From NCBI GenBank assembly GCA_002793215.1, contig PFPU01000107.1, positions 2,018 through 66,017 of the forward strand: 64,000 nt of DNA, written 5' to 3'. Below the pieces are notes generated by a model. That model did no database searches, had not been told where the DNA came from, and worked only from the letters and a program-made list of their open reading frames with translations. The position numbers and the translations under genes are program-made. This DNA is from Flavobacteriales bacterium CG_4_10_14_0_2_um_filter_35_18. GTDB lineage: Bacteria > Bacteroidota > Bacteroidia > Flavobacteriales > Flavobacteriaceae. The stretch's first letter is position 1; each line of letters begins with the position of its first letter. This document shows positions 35,698 to 45,684 of this stretch, one piece after another.

Positions 35698-37917
35698 TTA
35701 ATTTAAAATGCGACTGACTTTTTCGATGCCTTCAATTTTTTTAATACGTTCAATTAGTTTATTTAATTGCTCTATATTTTTGATTTTAATAGCTATCTTT
35801 CCTTCAAAACGTCCTAAGTTTCCGGTAATATTTAAACTCTGAATATCAATATTCATATTGTCGGAAATAACCCTTGTAACCTTATTTGCAAGGCCTTTAT
35901 TATCGACACCTGTTATTAATATGGTGCTTTTAAATTCTTGTTGGGTTGAATCAATCCAAGTGGCAGAAATAATTCGGTAAGCATAACGTGCTTGCAGGCT
36001 AACGGCGTTTGGACAATCTTTTTTGTGAACTTTAATACCTTCGTTTATGGTTACAAAACCAAATACTTTGTCGCCCGGAATTGGATTGCAACATTTTGAA
36101 AGCGAATAATTTAAACGCTCAGCGTCATCTCCAAAAACCAGTAAATCGTATTTACTTGATAGTTCATCTGTATTTTGAACAGGCTCAATTTTGATATTTT
36201 TGCGGCGTATTTTATTTTTAAAGAAATTATAAAATGAGTTGTGGTGTTGACTTGCAAAGGCTTTAAGTTGTTTATTTTCAATCGCACCATTGCCAACGCG
36301 GTAAAATAAATCGAGGCTTGTTTTTAGCTTAAAATACGTAACAAGTTCGTTTATAATAGTTTCGGATAAAGTTATTTTTAAATGACGGAGTTTACGTGTT
36401 AAGAGTTCTTTGCCCTCATCACCAATAATTTTTTGTTCCTGTTTTAAAGCGTTTTTAATTTTTGATTTTGCCCGTGCCGTAATCACAAAATCAAGCCAAC
36501 TTAATTTTGGCGTTTGATTAATTGAGGTGATAATTTCTACTTGATCGCCACTATTTAAAACCTTGCTAATGGGAACTAACTTGCCGTTGACCTTTACACC
36601 TCTGCATTTCATGCCGATTTCGGTATGTATAGAAAAGGCAAAATCGAGTGCTGTTGCGCCTTTTGGAAGGGACTTTATTTGACCTTTAGGTGTAAAAATG
36701 TAAATTTCTTTAGCATAAAGGTTAAGTTTAAACTGCTCAACAAAGTCAACGGCATTTAAATCAGGGCTTTCTAAGATTTCTTTGAGCTTGTTAAGCCAAA
36801 TTTCTAAACCACTTTCACTTTCATTTTGATGTTTGTATTTATAATGAGCGGCGTAACCTTTTTCGGCAATTTCATCCATGCGATCCGAGCGGATTTGCAC
36901 TTCAATCCATTTTCCGGCATCACCCATCACGGTAATGTGCAAAGATTCATAACCATTTGATTTTGGTTGTGATATCCAATCGCGTAAGCGGCTAGGATTA
37001 GGACTAAAATTTTCGGTAATAATAGAATAGATTTTCCAAGCATCAAATTTTTCATTTTTTTGAGTGCTTTTATAAATTATTCTAATGGCAAATTTATCGT
37101 AAACTTCATCAAAACTCACATCTTGATTGAGCATTTTTCGGCGTATCGAAAAAATGGATTTTGTACGACTCAAAATTCGATACTTAAATCCGTTGTCATC
37201 TAAAACCGATTTTACCTTATTAGTAAAGTTTAAAATATAAGCATCTTGAACTTCCTTACTATCTTCAATTTTTGTAACAATATCATTATAAATTTCTGGT
37301 TCAGTGTATTTTAATCCTAAGTCCTCTAATTCTGTTTTGATGTTGTAAAGACCCAAACGATGTGCCAAAGGGGCATAAATATACAAGGTTTCGGAAGCAA
37401 TTTTTTCCTGTTTATCGGCCGGCATATATTCCATTGTTTGCATGTTGTGCAAACGGTCGGCAATTTTTATAATGATAACCCGCACATCATCATTGAGGGT
37501 TAAAAGCATTTTTCTAAAATTTTCAGACTGAATAGAATCGTTTTTATCTTTTTGTAAATGCGCAATTTTAGTGAGTCCGTTTACGATTCTGGCAATGGTT
37601 TCACCAAAAAGTTCCTCAATATCCGAAAGTTTATAACTGGTATCTTCAACAACATCGTGCAATAAGGCGGCTGCTATTGAAGTGGCTCCCAATCCAATAT
37701 CATTGGCAACAATTTTAGCGACTGCAATTGGATGAAAAATATAGGGTTCGCCGCTTCTTCGACGTTGTTCTTTGTGTGCATCGGCAGCCAAATCGAATGC
37801 TTTGCGTATTAACTTTTTATCATTGCTTGATAAAGTTTGATACGTATCTTTTAGCATGTTTTTGTAAGCCAATGCAATAGCCGCTTTTTCTTCTTCTAGA
37901 GTTGCAAGATATGCCAT
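35698..37917 (-). CDS. Bifunctional (p)ppGpp synthetase/hydrolase (RelA/SpoT homologue)
   Basis: 739 aa with an HD domain (HPIAVA...LLHDVVEDT), synthetase domain (YESLHITV...EVQIRS), TGS (IYIFTPKG) and C-terminal ACT. Confidence 0.9.
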   Translation of the reverse strand: MAYLATLEEEKAAIALAYKNMLKDTYQTLSSNDKKLIRKAFDLAADAHKEQRRRSGEPYIFHPIAVAKIVANDIGLGATSIAAALLHDVVEDTSYKLSDIEELFGETIARIVNGLTKIAHLQKDKNDSIQSENFRKMLLTLNDDVRVIIIKIADRLHNMQTMEYMPADKQEKIASETLYIYAPLAHRLGLYNIKTELEDLGLKYTEPEIYNDIVTKIEDSKEVQDAYILNFTNKVKSVLDDNGFKYRILSRTKSIFSIRRKMLNQDVSFDEVYDKFAIRIIYKSTQKNEKFDAWKIYSIITENFSPNPSRLRDWISQPKSNGYESLHITVMGDAGKWIEVQIRSDRMDEIAEKGYAAHYKYKHQNESESGLEIWLNKLKEILESPDLNAVDFVEQFKLNLYAKEIYIFTPKGQIKSLPKGATALDFAFSIHTEIGMKCRGVKVNGKLVPISKVLNSGDQVEIITSINQTPKLSWLDFVITARAKSKIKNALKQEQKIIGDEGKELLTRKLRHLKITLSETIINELVTYFKLKTSLDLFYRVGNGAIENKQLKAFASQHHNSFYNFFKNKIRRKNIKIEPVQNTDELSSKYDLLVFGDDAERLNYSLSKCCNPIPGDKVFGFVTINEGIKVHKKDCPNAVSLQARYAYRIISATWIDSTQQEFKSTILITGVDNKGLANKVTRVISDNMNIDIQSLNITGNLGRFEGKIAIKIKNIEQLNKLIERIKKIEGIEKVSRILN

Positions 37918-37955
37918 AGCCTAAAAGTAGTTTAAAGTAAAATATTAAACAAATT

Positions 37956-39197
37956 TTAAAGCACCTTTTGTTTTAAATTGATGATGCGTTGAAAAATGGT
38001 AGGATGTGAGTAATGGATAAAAACATACAAGCGATGGGGAGTCAAATTACTATAACTCAATTTTGATAATTTTTTTAAAGCAGAAATTAATTGCTCTGAA
38101 TAGCCATAAAGTTTTGCAAAATTATCAGCTTGGTATTCAAATTTTCGAGATAAAATGGCCATTATCAATCCAGTTAAAACGGAAATTGGTGTATAAAGAA
38201 TCATAAAAACAATCAATCCGATATGAAAACTGGTTTGTTTTAAACCGAGTGATTGTGCTAAAAGCGAATTGTTGATAAAGAGCGATAAAATGTATAACAC
38301 CACACCAATTTGTAAAATGTTGATAATGAAATTGTAGAGAATGTGGTTTTTTTTATAATGGCCTACTTCGTGTGCCAAAACGGCCACAATTTCATCATTG
38401 GATAAATCATTTAACAAAGTATCATAAAGCACCACTTTTTTTGTTTTACCAAAACCCGAAAAAAAGGCATTGGCTTTAGTTGAACGTTTTGAGCCATCAA
38501 TCATATAAATTTTATCGATTTTAAAATTGACTTTTAGGGCAAAGGCGCAAAGCAAGTCTTTTAAAGTGCCTGCTTCAATGGGTGTAAGTTTGTTAAATAA
38601 AGGCACGATTAAACTCGTGTAAAATAGGTTCATTAAGAGGCTAAAAAATGCAATAAAAATCCACGTATAAATCCAAAAAGTTTTAGGATATTGCTCAAAA
38701 AACCAAAGGATTAAACTTAAAATAATCCCTCCAATAATCAGCGTTAACGCAAAACTTTTAATAAGGTCTTTAACAAAAAGCAATTTGGCCATTTTATTAA
38801 ATCCAAAGCGCGCTTCAATGACAAAACTTTGATAAAAACTGAAAGGTATTGAAATTAAAGTGCTTGTTATAAAAAAGAATCCAAAATAAAGCAGACTTAC
38901 AAAAAGAGAATTATCGGTAAATTGGCGTACAAAATCATCTAAAAGTTTAAAACCGTTAAGATTGATAAAAAGCAGTAAAAGCACAAATGAAAAAGTTGAC
39001 TGTACCAATCCGAATTTAAAATTATCTGTTTTATAGTTTTGAGATTTTTGATAGTCTTCCTTGCCATAAATACCTTCTAATTCTTTAGGAATAGGGTCAT
39101 TAAAATGGCGAAAATTAAGATAATCAAGAAGTAATTCAAAAACAAAATTAGCAACGATAATAGTTGTAATTCCGATAAATATTAATTGAGGCGTCAT
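37956..39197 (-). CDS. M48 family metallopeptidase (Ste24/CAAX-protease-like)
   Basis: 413 aa and polytopic, with a HEVGHYKKNH zinc motif. Confidence 0.8.
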   Translation of the reverse strand: MTPQLIFIGITTIIVANFVFELLLDYLNFRHFNDPIPKELEGIYGKEDYQKSQNYKTDNFKFGLVQSTFSFVLLLLFINLNGFKLLDDFVRQFTDNSLFVSLLYFGFFFITSTLISIPFSFYQSFVIEARFGFNKMAKLLFVKDLIKSFALTLIIGGIILSLILWFFEQYPKTFWIYTWIFIAFFSLLMNLFYTSLIVPLFNKLTPIEAGTLKDLLCAFALKVNFKIDKIYMIDGSKRSTKANAFFSGFGKTKKVVLYDTLLNDLSNDEIVAVLAHEVGHYKKNHILYNFIINILQIGVVLYILSLFINNSLLAQSLGLKQTSFHIGLIVFMILYTPISVLTGLIMAILSRKFEYQADNFAKLYGYSEQLISALKKLSKLSYSNLTPHRLYVFIHYSHPTIFQRIINLKQKVL

Positions 39198-39203
39198 TAG
39201 TTT

Positions 39204-40016
39204 TTATATAAAATTTCGTTGGCGTTTGGCTTCAAAGATGAGGATTGCCGCCGATACCGAAACATTCATAGAATCTATTTTTCCCTGCATCGGAATGATA
39301 ATATTTTGTGTCGAATTTTTGAGCCATTCTTGTGTTAAGCCAGTTGATTCTGTTCCAACAATTAAGGCAGTTGATTTTTTAAAATCTTGATTATAATAGG
39401 GTTTTGAATCACTACCTAAAGCCGCACAATAAATATTATAATGATTTGTTTTTAGGTATTCAATAACTTCTTTGGTAGTGCCAACGCCAATTTGATTGGT
39501 AAAAACACAACCGACACTTGAGCGAATGCAGTTGGGGTTATATAAATCAGATTTTGGATTTGCAATGATAACGGCGTCTATATTTGCAGCATCGGCAGTG
39601 CGCAAAAGGGCACCAATATTACCTGGTTTTTCTAGTGCTTCGGCCACTAAAATTAAAGGTGTATCCGATTTGAATTTGAGTAAGTTTAGGCCATGGTCTT
39701 TTGATTTTGCTAGGCCAATAATTCCTTCGGTTGTATCGCGGTGGGCGAGTTTTTGATAAATAGCGTTGTTGATGCTGATTATATTTTCAATTGAAATAGC
39801 CTTGTTTGAAACAAGATTTTCAATCTGATTTTGGCTTATTAATTTTGGATCAAATAATAAGGTTTCAATAGGATAATCACTTTTTAAAGCTAAATTTATC
39901 TCACGCAAGCCTTCAATTAAAAATAAACCGGATTGTTTACGGTTTTTCGACTTATCTTTAAGTTGAATAAGGGTTTTAATATAAGGGTTTTGAGCGCTTG
40001 AGATATTCTTTATCAT
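39204..40016 (-). CDS. TrmH/SpoU family RNA 2'-O-methyltransferase
   Basis: 270 aa with SpoU motifs (PGNIGALLRTADAANIDAVI; LIVGTESTGL; IPMQGKIDSMNVSVSAAI). Confidence 0.8.
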   Translation of the reverse strand: MIKNISSAQNPYIKTLIQLKDKSKNRKQSGLFLIEGLREINLALKSDYPIETLLFDPKLISQNQIENLVSNKAISIENIISINNAIYQKLAHRDTTEGIIGLAKSKDHGLNLLKFKSDTPLILVAEALEKPGNIGALLRTADAANIDAVIIANPKSDLYNPNCIRSSVGCVFTNQIGVGTTKEVIEYLKTNHYNIYCAALGSDSKPYYNQDFKKSTALIVGTESTGLTQEWLKNSTQNIIIPMQGKIDSMNVSVSAAILIFEAKRQRNFI

Positions 40017-40029
40017 AAAGCAAAAGTAA

Positions 40030-40057
40030 TAAAAAAGCCGCGCAAAAGGCGCGGCTT
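40030..40057 (-). terminator. Rho-independent terminator (minus strand) after the amidohydrolase genes
   Basis: Minus strand reads AGCCGCGC-cuuuu-GCGCGGCU followed by T6. Confidence 0.7.
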
Positions 40058-40079
40058 ATATTAAGTTTAAAAAGGATAA

Positions 40080-41387
40080 TTATTTGCCGTGATATTTTTT
40101 CATATAGCGATTGTATAACGCTTTTTGATGTGAATCTAAACTAATGTTTCTACCTTGAATAAAAGCTTGTTCAACTTGGTTGGTCTTCATATCGAGCGCA
40201 TCGCCAACCGAAACAAAAAGTGTCGCATCTTTGCCCAGTTCTAAACTGCCAATGCGGTCATTCATTCCTAAAATTTTAGCATTGTTTAAAGTGATTAAAG
40301 CAACACCTTGTTCGTATGTCAATCCATAAGCAATGGCAGTACCGGCATAAAAAGGTAAATTACGTGTATTCATGCGTTCCATTCCACCACCTGCGGCTTG
40401 TAAACCTACAAGTAAGCCGGCATCAGTGAGAATTTTTGGCAATCGATAGGGTAAATCGACGTCTTCATCTTCGTTATTTGGTAAAGAATGCAAGCGTTTT
40501 AAAAGTACAGGCACATTATTTTGTTTGAGTAAACTGGTTACTTTATAGGCTTCTTCGCCACCAATTATGACCATTTTTTGAATGTGATGATTTAGAGCAA
40601 AGGCAACCGATTCACTAATTTGTTGTGCATTATCAGCATTGATAAATAATTTTTTAGATCCATCAAACAAACCAATAACGGCTTCATATTTTAGATTTTT
40701 TTCTTCGGCTTTTAATTGGCTATAAGCATAAGCGTTATTTAAAAAATCATCGAGTTGTTTTATATCGGTTTTATAATCTTTATTTGGCATGATTTTGCCG
40801 GCATCGGGCCCTCTAAAAGAGCGTCTATCGGTTGCAGGCCAATTAATATGAATGCCGTCATCTACCTTTAAAACAGCATCTTCCCAGTTCCAAGCGTCAA
40901 ATTGAACAATTGACGACGAGCCAGAAATCAAACCGCCTCTAGGTGCAATTTGAGCCATCAAAACGCCGTTTGGGCGCATTGATTCAATCACCTTTGATTC
41001 GGTGTTAAAAGCGATTAAACTCCTAACATTAGGGTTTAATTCGCCGCGTTCTTCAAAATCTAAGGTTGCTCTAACGGCATCAATTTCGGCCAAACCTAAT
41101 GATGAATTTGGCGCAATGAAACCAGGATAAAGGTCTTTTCCAGTACCATCTATAACGGTATTGTAATTAGTTTTGTTTACCGATGCAGCATCGCCAACAA
41201 AATTTATTTTTCCTTTGTCAAATCCAATGGCACTATTATTAATAACTGTTCCGTTGCCAATGTGGGCGGTAGCCCCAATAATTAGAATACTTTGCGATTG
41301 TTTATCGGCAGGGGTTTGTTGCGAAAATACTGATAAAGAAAAAAGTATTACGACAGCAAAAATTGATTTTATAAGATATAATTTCAT
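40080..41387 (-). CDS. Secreted amidohydrolase-fold protein lacking the canonical N-terminal HxH motif
   Basis: I prefer the start at 41387 (MKLYLIKSIFAVVILFSLSVFSQ, signal peptide), 10 nt after the upstream stop. The N-terminal strand is LYPGFIAPNSSLGL where HxH is expected. The C-terminal block GSLELGKDATLFV is typical of the superfamily. Confidence 0.65.
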   Translation of the reverse strand: MKLYLIKSIFAVVILFSLSVFSQQTPADKQSQSILIIGATAHIGNGTVINNSAIGFDKGKINFVGDAASVNKTNYNTVIDGTGKDLYPGFIAPNSSLGLAEIDAVRATLDFEERGELNPNVRSLIAFNTESKVIESMRPNGVLMAQIAPRGGLISGSSSIVQFDAWNWEDAVLKVDDGIHINWPATDRRSFRGPDAGKIMPNKDYKTDIKQLDDFLNNAYAYSQLKAEEKNLKYEAVIGLFDGSKKLFINADNAQQISESVAFALNHHIQKMVIIGGEEAYKVTSLLKQNNVPVLLKRLHSLPNNEDEDVDLPYRLPKILTDAGLLVGLQAAGGGMERMNTRNLPFYAGTAIAYGLTYEQGVALITLNNAKILGMNDRIGSLELGKDATLFVSVGDALDMKTNQVEQAFIQGRNISLDSHQKALYNRYMKKYHGK

Positions 41388-41397
41388 GTTTTTAAGT

Positions 41398-44385
41398 TTA
41401 ATTATTGTTTGAATTATAGTCTGAAACGGTTTCACACGTAAAATAAATTTTATCCTTTTTAAATGGAATGCGTGTTTTATCGCCATTATTTTTAGCATCT
41501 AACATCATATTAATAAGTGTGTTGCGTCTTTTTTCGTCGGCTTTAACCATTTGTTTATCCTTGTCGTAATCAAAATAAATGATTCCGTCAATGATTACTT
41601 TTTCGGCGTGTGCATAAATTGAAAGTGGATTAGCACTCCAAAGTACCACATCGGCATCTTTACCAATTTTAAAGCTTCCGAGTTGATTATCTAAATGTAA
41701 TAATTTAGCGGGATTTAAGGTTACAAGTTTCCAAGCATCTTCTTCACTCATATTGCCATATTTCATTGATTTTGAAGCTTCTTGATTGAGTCTTCTAGAC
41801 ATTTCGGCATCGTCAGAATTAATGGCAACGGTAATCCCTAAGCTATTCATTATTGAAGCATTATAAGGTATGGCATCGTTAACTTCATATTTAAAGGCCC
41901 ACCAATCGGCAAAAGTTGAAGCGCCAACACCGTGCGCCTTCATTTTATCGGCAACTTTATAACCCTCTAAAATATGCGTAAAGGTATTGACTCTAAAATT
42001 AAATTTTTCAGCGACTTTCATCAACATATTGATTTCGGTTTGCACATAAGAGTGACACGTTATAAAGCGCTGACTGTTAATAATTTCAACGAGTGTTTCA
42101 AGTTCTAAATCCTTTCTAACAGGAATGCCTTTTTTCTTTAAATCGTCATATTCTTTGGCGCGTGTAAAATAATCCATATAAACTTGTTCAACGCCCATAC
42201 GGGTTTGAGGGAAACGAACATTTTCAGAATTTCCCCAATTTGATTGCTTTACGTTTTCACCTAATGCAAATTTTATAAACTTAGGCTGATTTTTAATAAT
42301 GACTTCTTCGGGTAAACTGCCCCATTTTAGTTTGATAATGGCACTTTGTGCGCCAATTGGGTTTGCAGAACCGTGCAATAACTGTGAAGTAGTTACCCCT
42401 CCAGCCAATGTGCGGTAAAGGCTAATATCTTCGGGATTAACAACATCCTGCATTCGCGCTTCGGCACTACTATTGTGACCGCCTTCATTTACACTTTCAA
42501 GTGCAATGTGTGAATGTTCGTCTATAATTCCGTTGGTTAGATGTTTTCCGGCACCATCAATCACTAGCGCATTTGTATCGGATAAATTTTTGCCAATTTT
42601 TGCAATTTTACCGTTCTTTAACAACACATCCGTATTTTTTAAAATACCGTCTTTTTCATTTGTCCATAAAGTTACATTTTTCACCAAAATACTTTGTTGT
42701 ACAGGCTTTTCGGTAAAACCAAACGCCATATTTGGAAAGCTAAGAGGTAAGATGTTCAAAGCAACATCTTTTTCTTCTTTTTTGTTATCCGATTTGTTTT
42801 CGGTATTATTTAGTTTTATAAAACTTGCGGTTGAAGCTTCGCCATTATAAAGTGTAGCGATGCCCTTTTGGATGCCATCCGTTGTAACCATTGCACTAAT
42901 TCTGTTAAAATTGGCTTGTTTTAAGGGTTTAAAATTTAGGCTTATCCAACCATTTTTATAGACTAATTTGGCATCAATTTTTGTAGTATCTTGTTTAAGG
43001 ACGGCACTTGGCGTGTCGGCTTTATCACCACTTAAACTCAAGCTATAATTCGTATTATCGAGTGTTAAAGTGTAGTTGCCATTTATGGGAATGATATTTT
43101 TATCGTTTACAACATTGGCATTCCCTTGAGTCCAATTTTCATAGAGCACCGTGTTTTTATCAAAAATATCGCCGGATGTTATTAAAAAATTAGCCCAAGA
43201 CCCATTATTTAAGGAGCCTATTTGAGTTTGTTGTCCTATAAATGTAGCCGGAGCGGTGGTTAATGCTTCTAAGGCTTTTGTTTTATCGAGACCGTATTCA
43301 ATTGCTTTCAATAGATTAGCCCTAAATGTTTTAGCGTCTTTAAGGCCGTCAAAAGTAAAAGAAAATAATAGGTTATTTTTAGCAAGTGTGGCAGGATTGC
43401 CGGGCGCTTGATTCCAGCGCAACATTTCCGATAAAGTTATCTTTGCAGCATTTATGGGATTGCTCACATCAAAAGCATCGGGAAAGTTAAGGGGTAAAAT
43501 ATAACGGGAATTGGTATTTTTAATGGCATCGATGCGTTCATATTCATCGCCACCACCTTTTATAATAAAGTTAAAATTGAATTCTTTAGCAAGACTTGAA
43601 GCACGTAAATCATTGAATTTTGAATTGGCATCAAAAATTTTAGGTAGCATTTCGTTGGCAATAAGCGCTTCTAAAGTGATGTCATTCATATTTTTATGAG
43701 TTTTATACCATGAAGCATCATAAAACATTTGACGCATTAGCGCAATCATTCCCATCAAAGAGCTAGGATAAGATTGTTTTGAACCGGCAGCGCGGGTAAA
43801 TCCAAAATTTTGAGATGCTTTTTTTGAAATTACACGTTGGTGATTGTTGTCAAATTCATTTAAAGCCACCAAAACGGCGCTACCACGGGCAATGGCGTTT
43901 TTTTGATTTGACAACACCACACCAAAACCAGATTCGATTAGGACTTTAGCGTCTTTTGATTGGTATTCAAAATCGTCGAACGCATTTTTTTCAGGTAAAA
44001 CATGATCATTCCAGTAATAGCCATCTCTGGTAGAATCATATTGAGGCGATCTAAAGGGGCTAAAACCATCTGAACTTGGTTTTTTAATACCAAAATCACT
44101 GTATAAATCAATAAATGAAGGGTAAATAAATTTGCCATTCAAATTGATAATAGTGGTATTTTTTGGTAATTTAACATCCGCAGCAGCGCCAATAACACGG
44201 CCATCTTTTATCAATAAAGTTCCATTATTGATAATTAATGTTGGTGTTACATAAATTTTAGCATTTGTAAATGCAGTGTAATGGTGTGAAGTAGATTTTA
44301 TTTCCGAATTTGTTGGAAAATACTCTTGTGCCTTGAGATTGCTTAAAATACTGAGAACGCACAGAAAAATTAAAATTTTTTTCAT
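41398..44385 (-). CDS. Secreted 995-aa tandem amidohydrolase-fold protein (degenerate N-module, intact C-module)
   Basis: Signal peptide present. N-module: IYPSFIDLYSDFG (no HxH) ... IGSLNNGSWANFLITSGD. C-module: GIIDEHSHIAL (HxH at residues 624-626, nt 42508-42516), TFTHILEG, AINSDDAE, GSFKIGKDADVVLW. Confidence 0.7.
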   Translation of the reverse strand: MKKILIFLCVLSILSNLKAQEYFPTNSEIKSTSHHYTAFTNAKIYVTPTLIINNGTLLIKDGRVIGAAADVKLPKNTTIINLNGKFIYPSFIDLYSDFGIKKPSSDGFSPFRSPQYDSTRDGYYWNDHVLPEKNAFDDFEYQSKDAKVLIESGFGVVLSNQKNAIARGSAVLVALNEFDNNHQRVISKKASQNFGFTRAAGSKQSYPSSLMGMIALMRQMFYDASWYKTHKNMNDITLEALIANEMLPKIFDANSKFNDLRASSLAKEFNFNFIIKGGGDEYERIDAIKNTNSRYILPLNFPDAFDVSNPINAAKITLSEMLRWNQAPGNPATLAKNNLLFSFTFDGLKDAKTFRANLLKAIEYGLDKTKALEALTTAPATFIGQQTQIGSLNNGSWANFLITSGDIFDKNTVLYENWTQGNANVVNDKNIIPINGNYTLTLDNTNYSLSLSGDKADTPSAVLKQDTTKIDAKLVYKNGWISLNFKPLKQANFNRISAMVTTDGIQKGIATLYNGEASTASFIKLNNTENKSDNKKEEKDVALNILPLSFPNMAFGFTEKPVQQSILVKNVTLWTNEKDGILKNTDVLLKNGKIAKIGKNLSDTNALVIDGAGKHLTNGIIDEHSHIALESVNEGGHNSSAEARMQDVVNPEDISLYRTLAGGVTTSQLLHGSANPIGAQSAIIKLKWGSLPEEVIIKNQPKFIKFALGENVKQSNWGNSENVRFPQTRMGVEQVYMDYFTRAKEYDDLKKKGIPVRKDLELETLVEIINSQRFITCHSYVQTEINMLMKVAEKFNFRVNTFTHILEGYKVADKMKAHGVGASTFADWWAFKYEVNDAIPYNASIMNSLGITVAINSDDAEMSRRLNQEASKSMKYGNMSEEDAWKLVTLNPAKLLHLDNQLGSFKIGKDADVVLWSANPLSIYAHAEKVIIDGIIYFDYDKDKQMVKADEKRRNTLINMMLDAKNNGDKTRIPFKKDKIYFTCETVSDYNSNNN

Positions 44386-44473
44386 TTTAGGTTAGGATTA
44401 GTGTTGTAATTATTTTATAAAAGTAAGATTTACCATTTTTAGAGCAGGCATTCTTTTAAAAATTAACAATACT

Positions 44474-45556
44474 TTAAGACTTCTTTAACGGATAAGTTTG
44501 ATGATAAGCAATGATTAATTTTACAATGCCATAATAACTTTTAATGCCATCGGTTTGTTTGTTTGCCTTTAAAAAATGATCGTAAAAAGCGGCAAATACT
44601 TTTGTACTTGGATTTTGATGGGCACTCCAAAAAGCATCGTTTTCTTGCATGTTTTTTAAGATGCCGGGATGAATGGTTTTTACTAATTTTTTGAACTCAA
44701 TACGGTCAACAAAGCTTAAATTTGAAAGGCTGTAGCTCAATGCTACCAAATAACCAGAGTATTTTATAAAGTCATCTTGACTATTGATGCAAGCTAAATA
44801 ACTCAAAAAATTAGCTTCTTGCTCAGCAGCAAACCCCAGTTGATGCGCCATTTCGTGACAAGCCGTAAACGGAATAAAAGGGGCTACAATCTGGCTATTT
44901 ACTTGTGCTTCGCCCGAAAAAGGATTGTAATATCCCGAATATCCCATATAACTTAAAGGCACACTGTATAACGACCATTTTATACTCTGATTTTTATAGC
45001 TAAATTCCGGCCATTGTTGAGCGAGCTGGTTATATGAAATTGCAGATTGGTAAAGCATCTGTTGCCGGTTATAGGGTGCACTGACTTTAAGGCTATCGGC
45101 TTTAGCTAACTTAGATTGTAAAAAATTTGCTTTTGCAATAAGTTGCGTGTTCAACAAGATTAAATCATTAGCATTGAGCGTTTTTAAATCTAATTTTAAG
45201 AATTTTGCCAAAGGAGCTCTCGAATAATTAAAGCCCCAAAATAAATAAAAGCAAAACTGCATAACAGTAATGATGCCAATTATTAGCATTGCAGTTAAAA
45301 GGCTATTTTTTTTAATGTTCTTAACCCATTTAAAAAAAATATAAATAAAAAAAACAACTAATAAGGTATAAAATAAATCGCCAACCGAAAAAGTAGTCCA
45401 TCCAAAAAGTTGCCGTTGAAATTTAGAAAAGCTGGTATAAAAATAATGATAGCTACTTGTATTGTTGATGTTTAAATAGGTTAACAGATACTTTACAACA
45501 ATAATTTGCGTTATAAATAATGCTAATAGCAACCAAAATAGGCGAATCTTTTTCAT
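44474..45556 (-). CDS. Membrane-anchored putative zinc metalloprotease-like protein (DUF3810-like)
   Basis: 360 aa with N-terminal TM helices and an HEMAHQLGFAAEQEANF (HExxH...E) motif. The DUF assignment is from memory. Confidence 0.6.
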   Translation of the reverse strand: MKKIRLFWLLLALFITQIIVVKYLLTYLNINNTSSYHYFYTSFSKFQRQLFGWTTFSVGDLFYTLLVVFFIYIFFKWVKNIKKNSLLTAMLIIGIITVMQFCFYLFWGFNYSRAPLAKFLKLDLKTLNANDLILLNTQLIAKANFLQSKLAKADSLKVSAPYNRQQMLYQSAISYNQLAQQWPEFSYKNQSIKWSLYSVPLSYMGYSGYYNPFSGEAQVNSQIVAPFIPFTACHEMAHQLGFAAEQEANFLSYLACINSQDDFIKYSGYLVALSYSLSNLSFVDRIEFKKLVKTIHPGILKNMQENDAFWSAHQNPSTKVFAAFYDHFLKANKQTDGIKSYYGIVKLIIAYHQTYPLKKS

Positions 45557-45684
45557 AAAAACGAGGGTGTTAAATTAGAAAAGTTTTGCTTATCAACATT
45601 ATTTTTTCTTTATTAACATTAAAATGTGTAAAATAATGATGATGATACACTTTTATAATAGCATTAAAAAATTACATTTGTGTA

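Noticed and set aside
41388-41498. Long N-terminal extensions given by the track for several ORFs (1495, 2618, 35668, 41498, 51515, 54139)
   Set aside because: Each extension overlaps the upstream gene and encodes non-conserved, Lys/Ile/Phe-rich sequence. Internal Met codons yield canonical N-termini or signal peptides and give short or 4-nt-overlap gene junctions.
45673-45680. TACATTTG promoter-like motif 5 nt upstream of the dnaB ATG
   Set aside because: No TTG -33 element lies at the proper spacing. A start site about 7 nt downstream would fall inside the coding sequence, so there is not enough support to call it a promoter.
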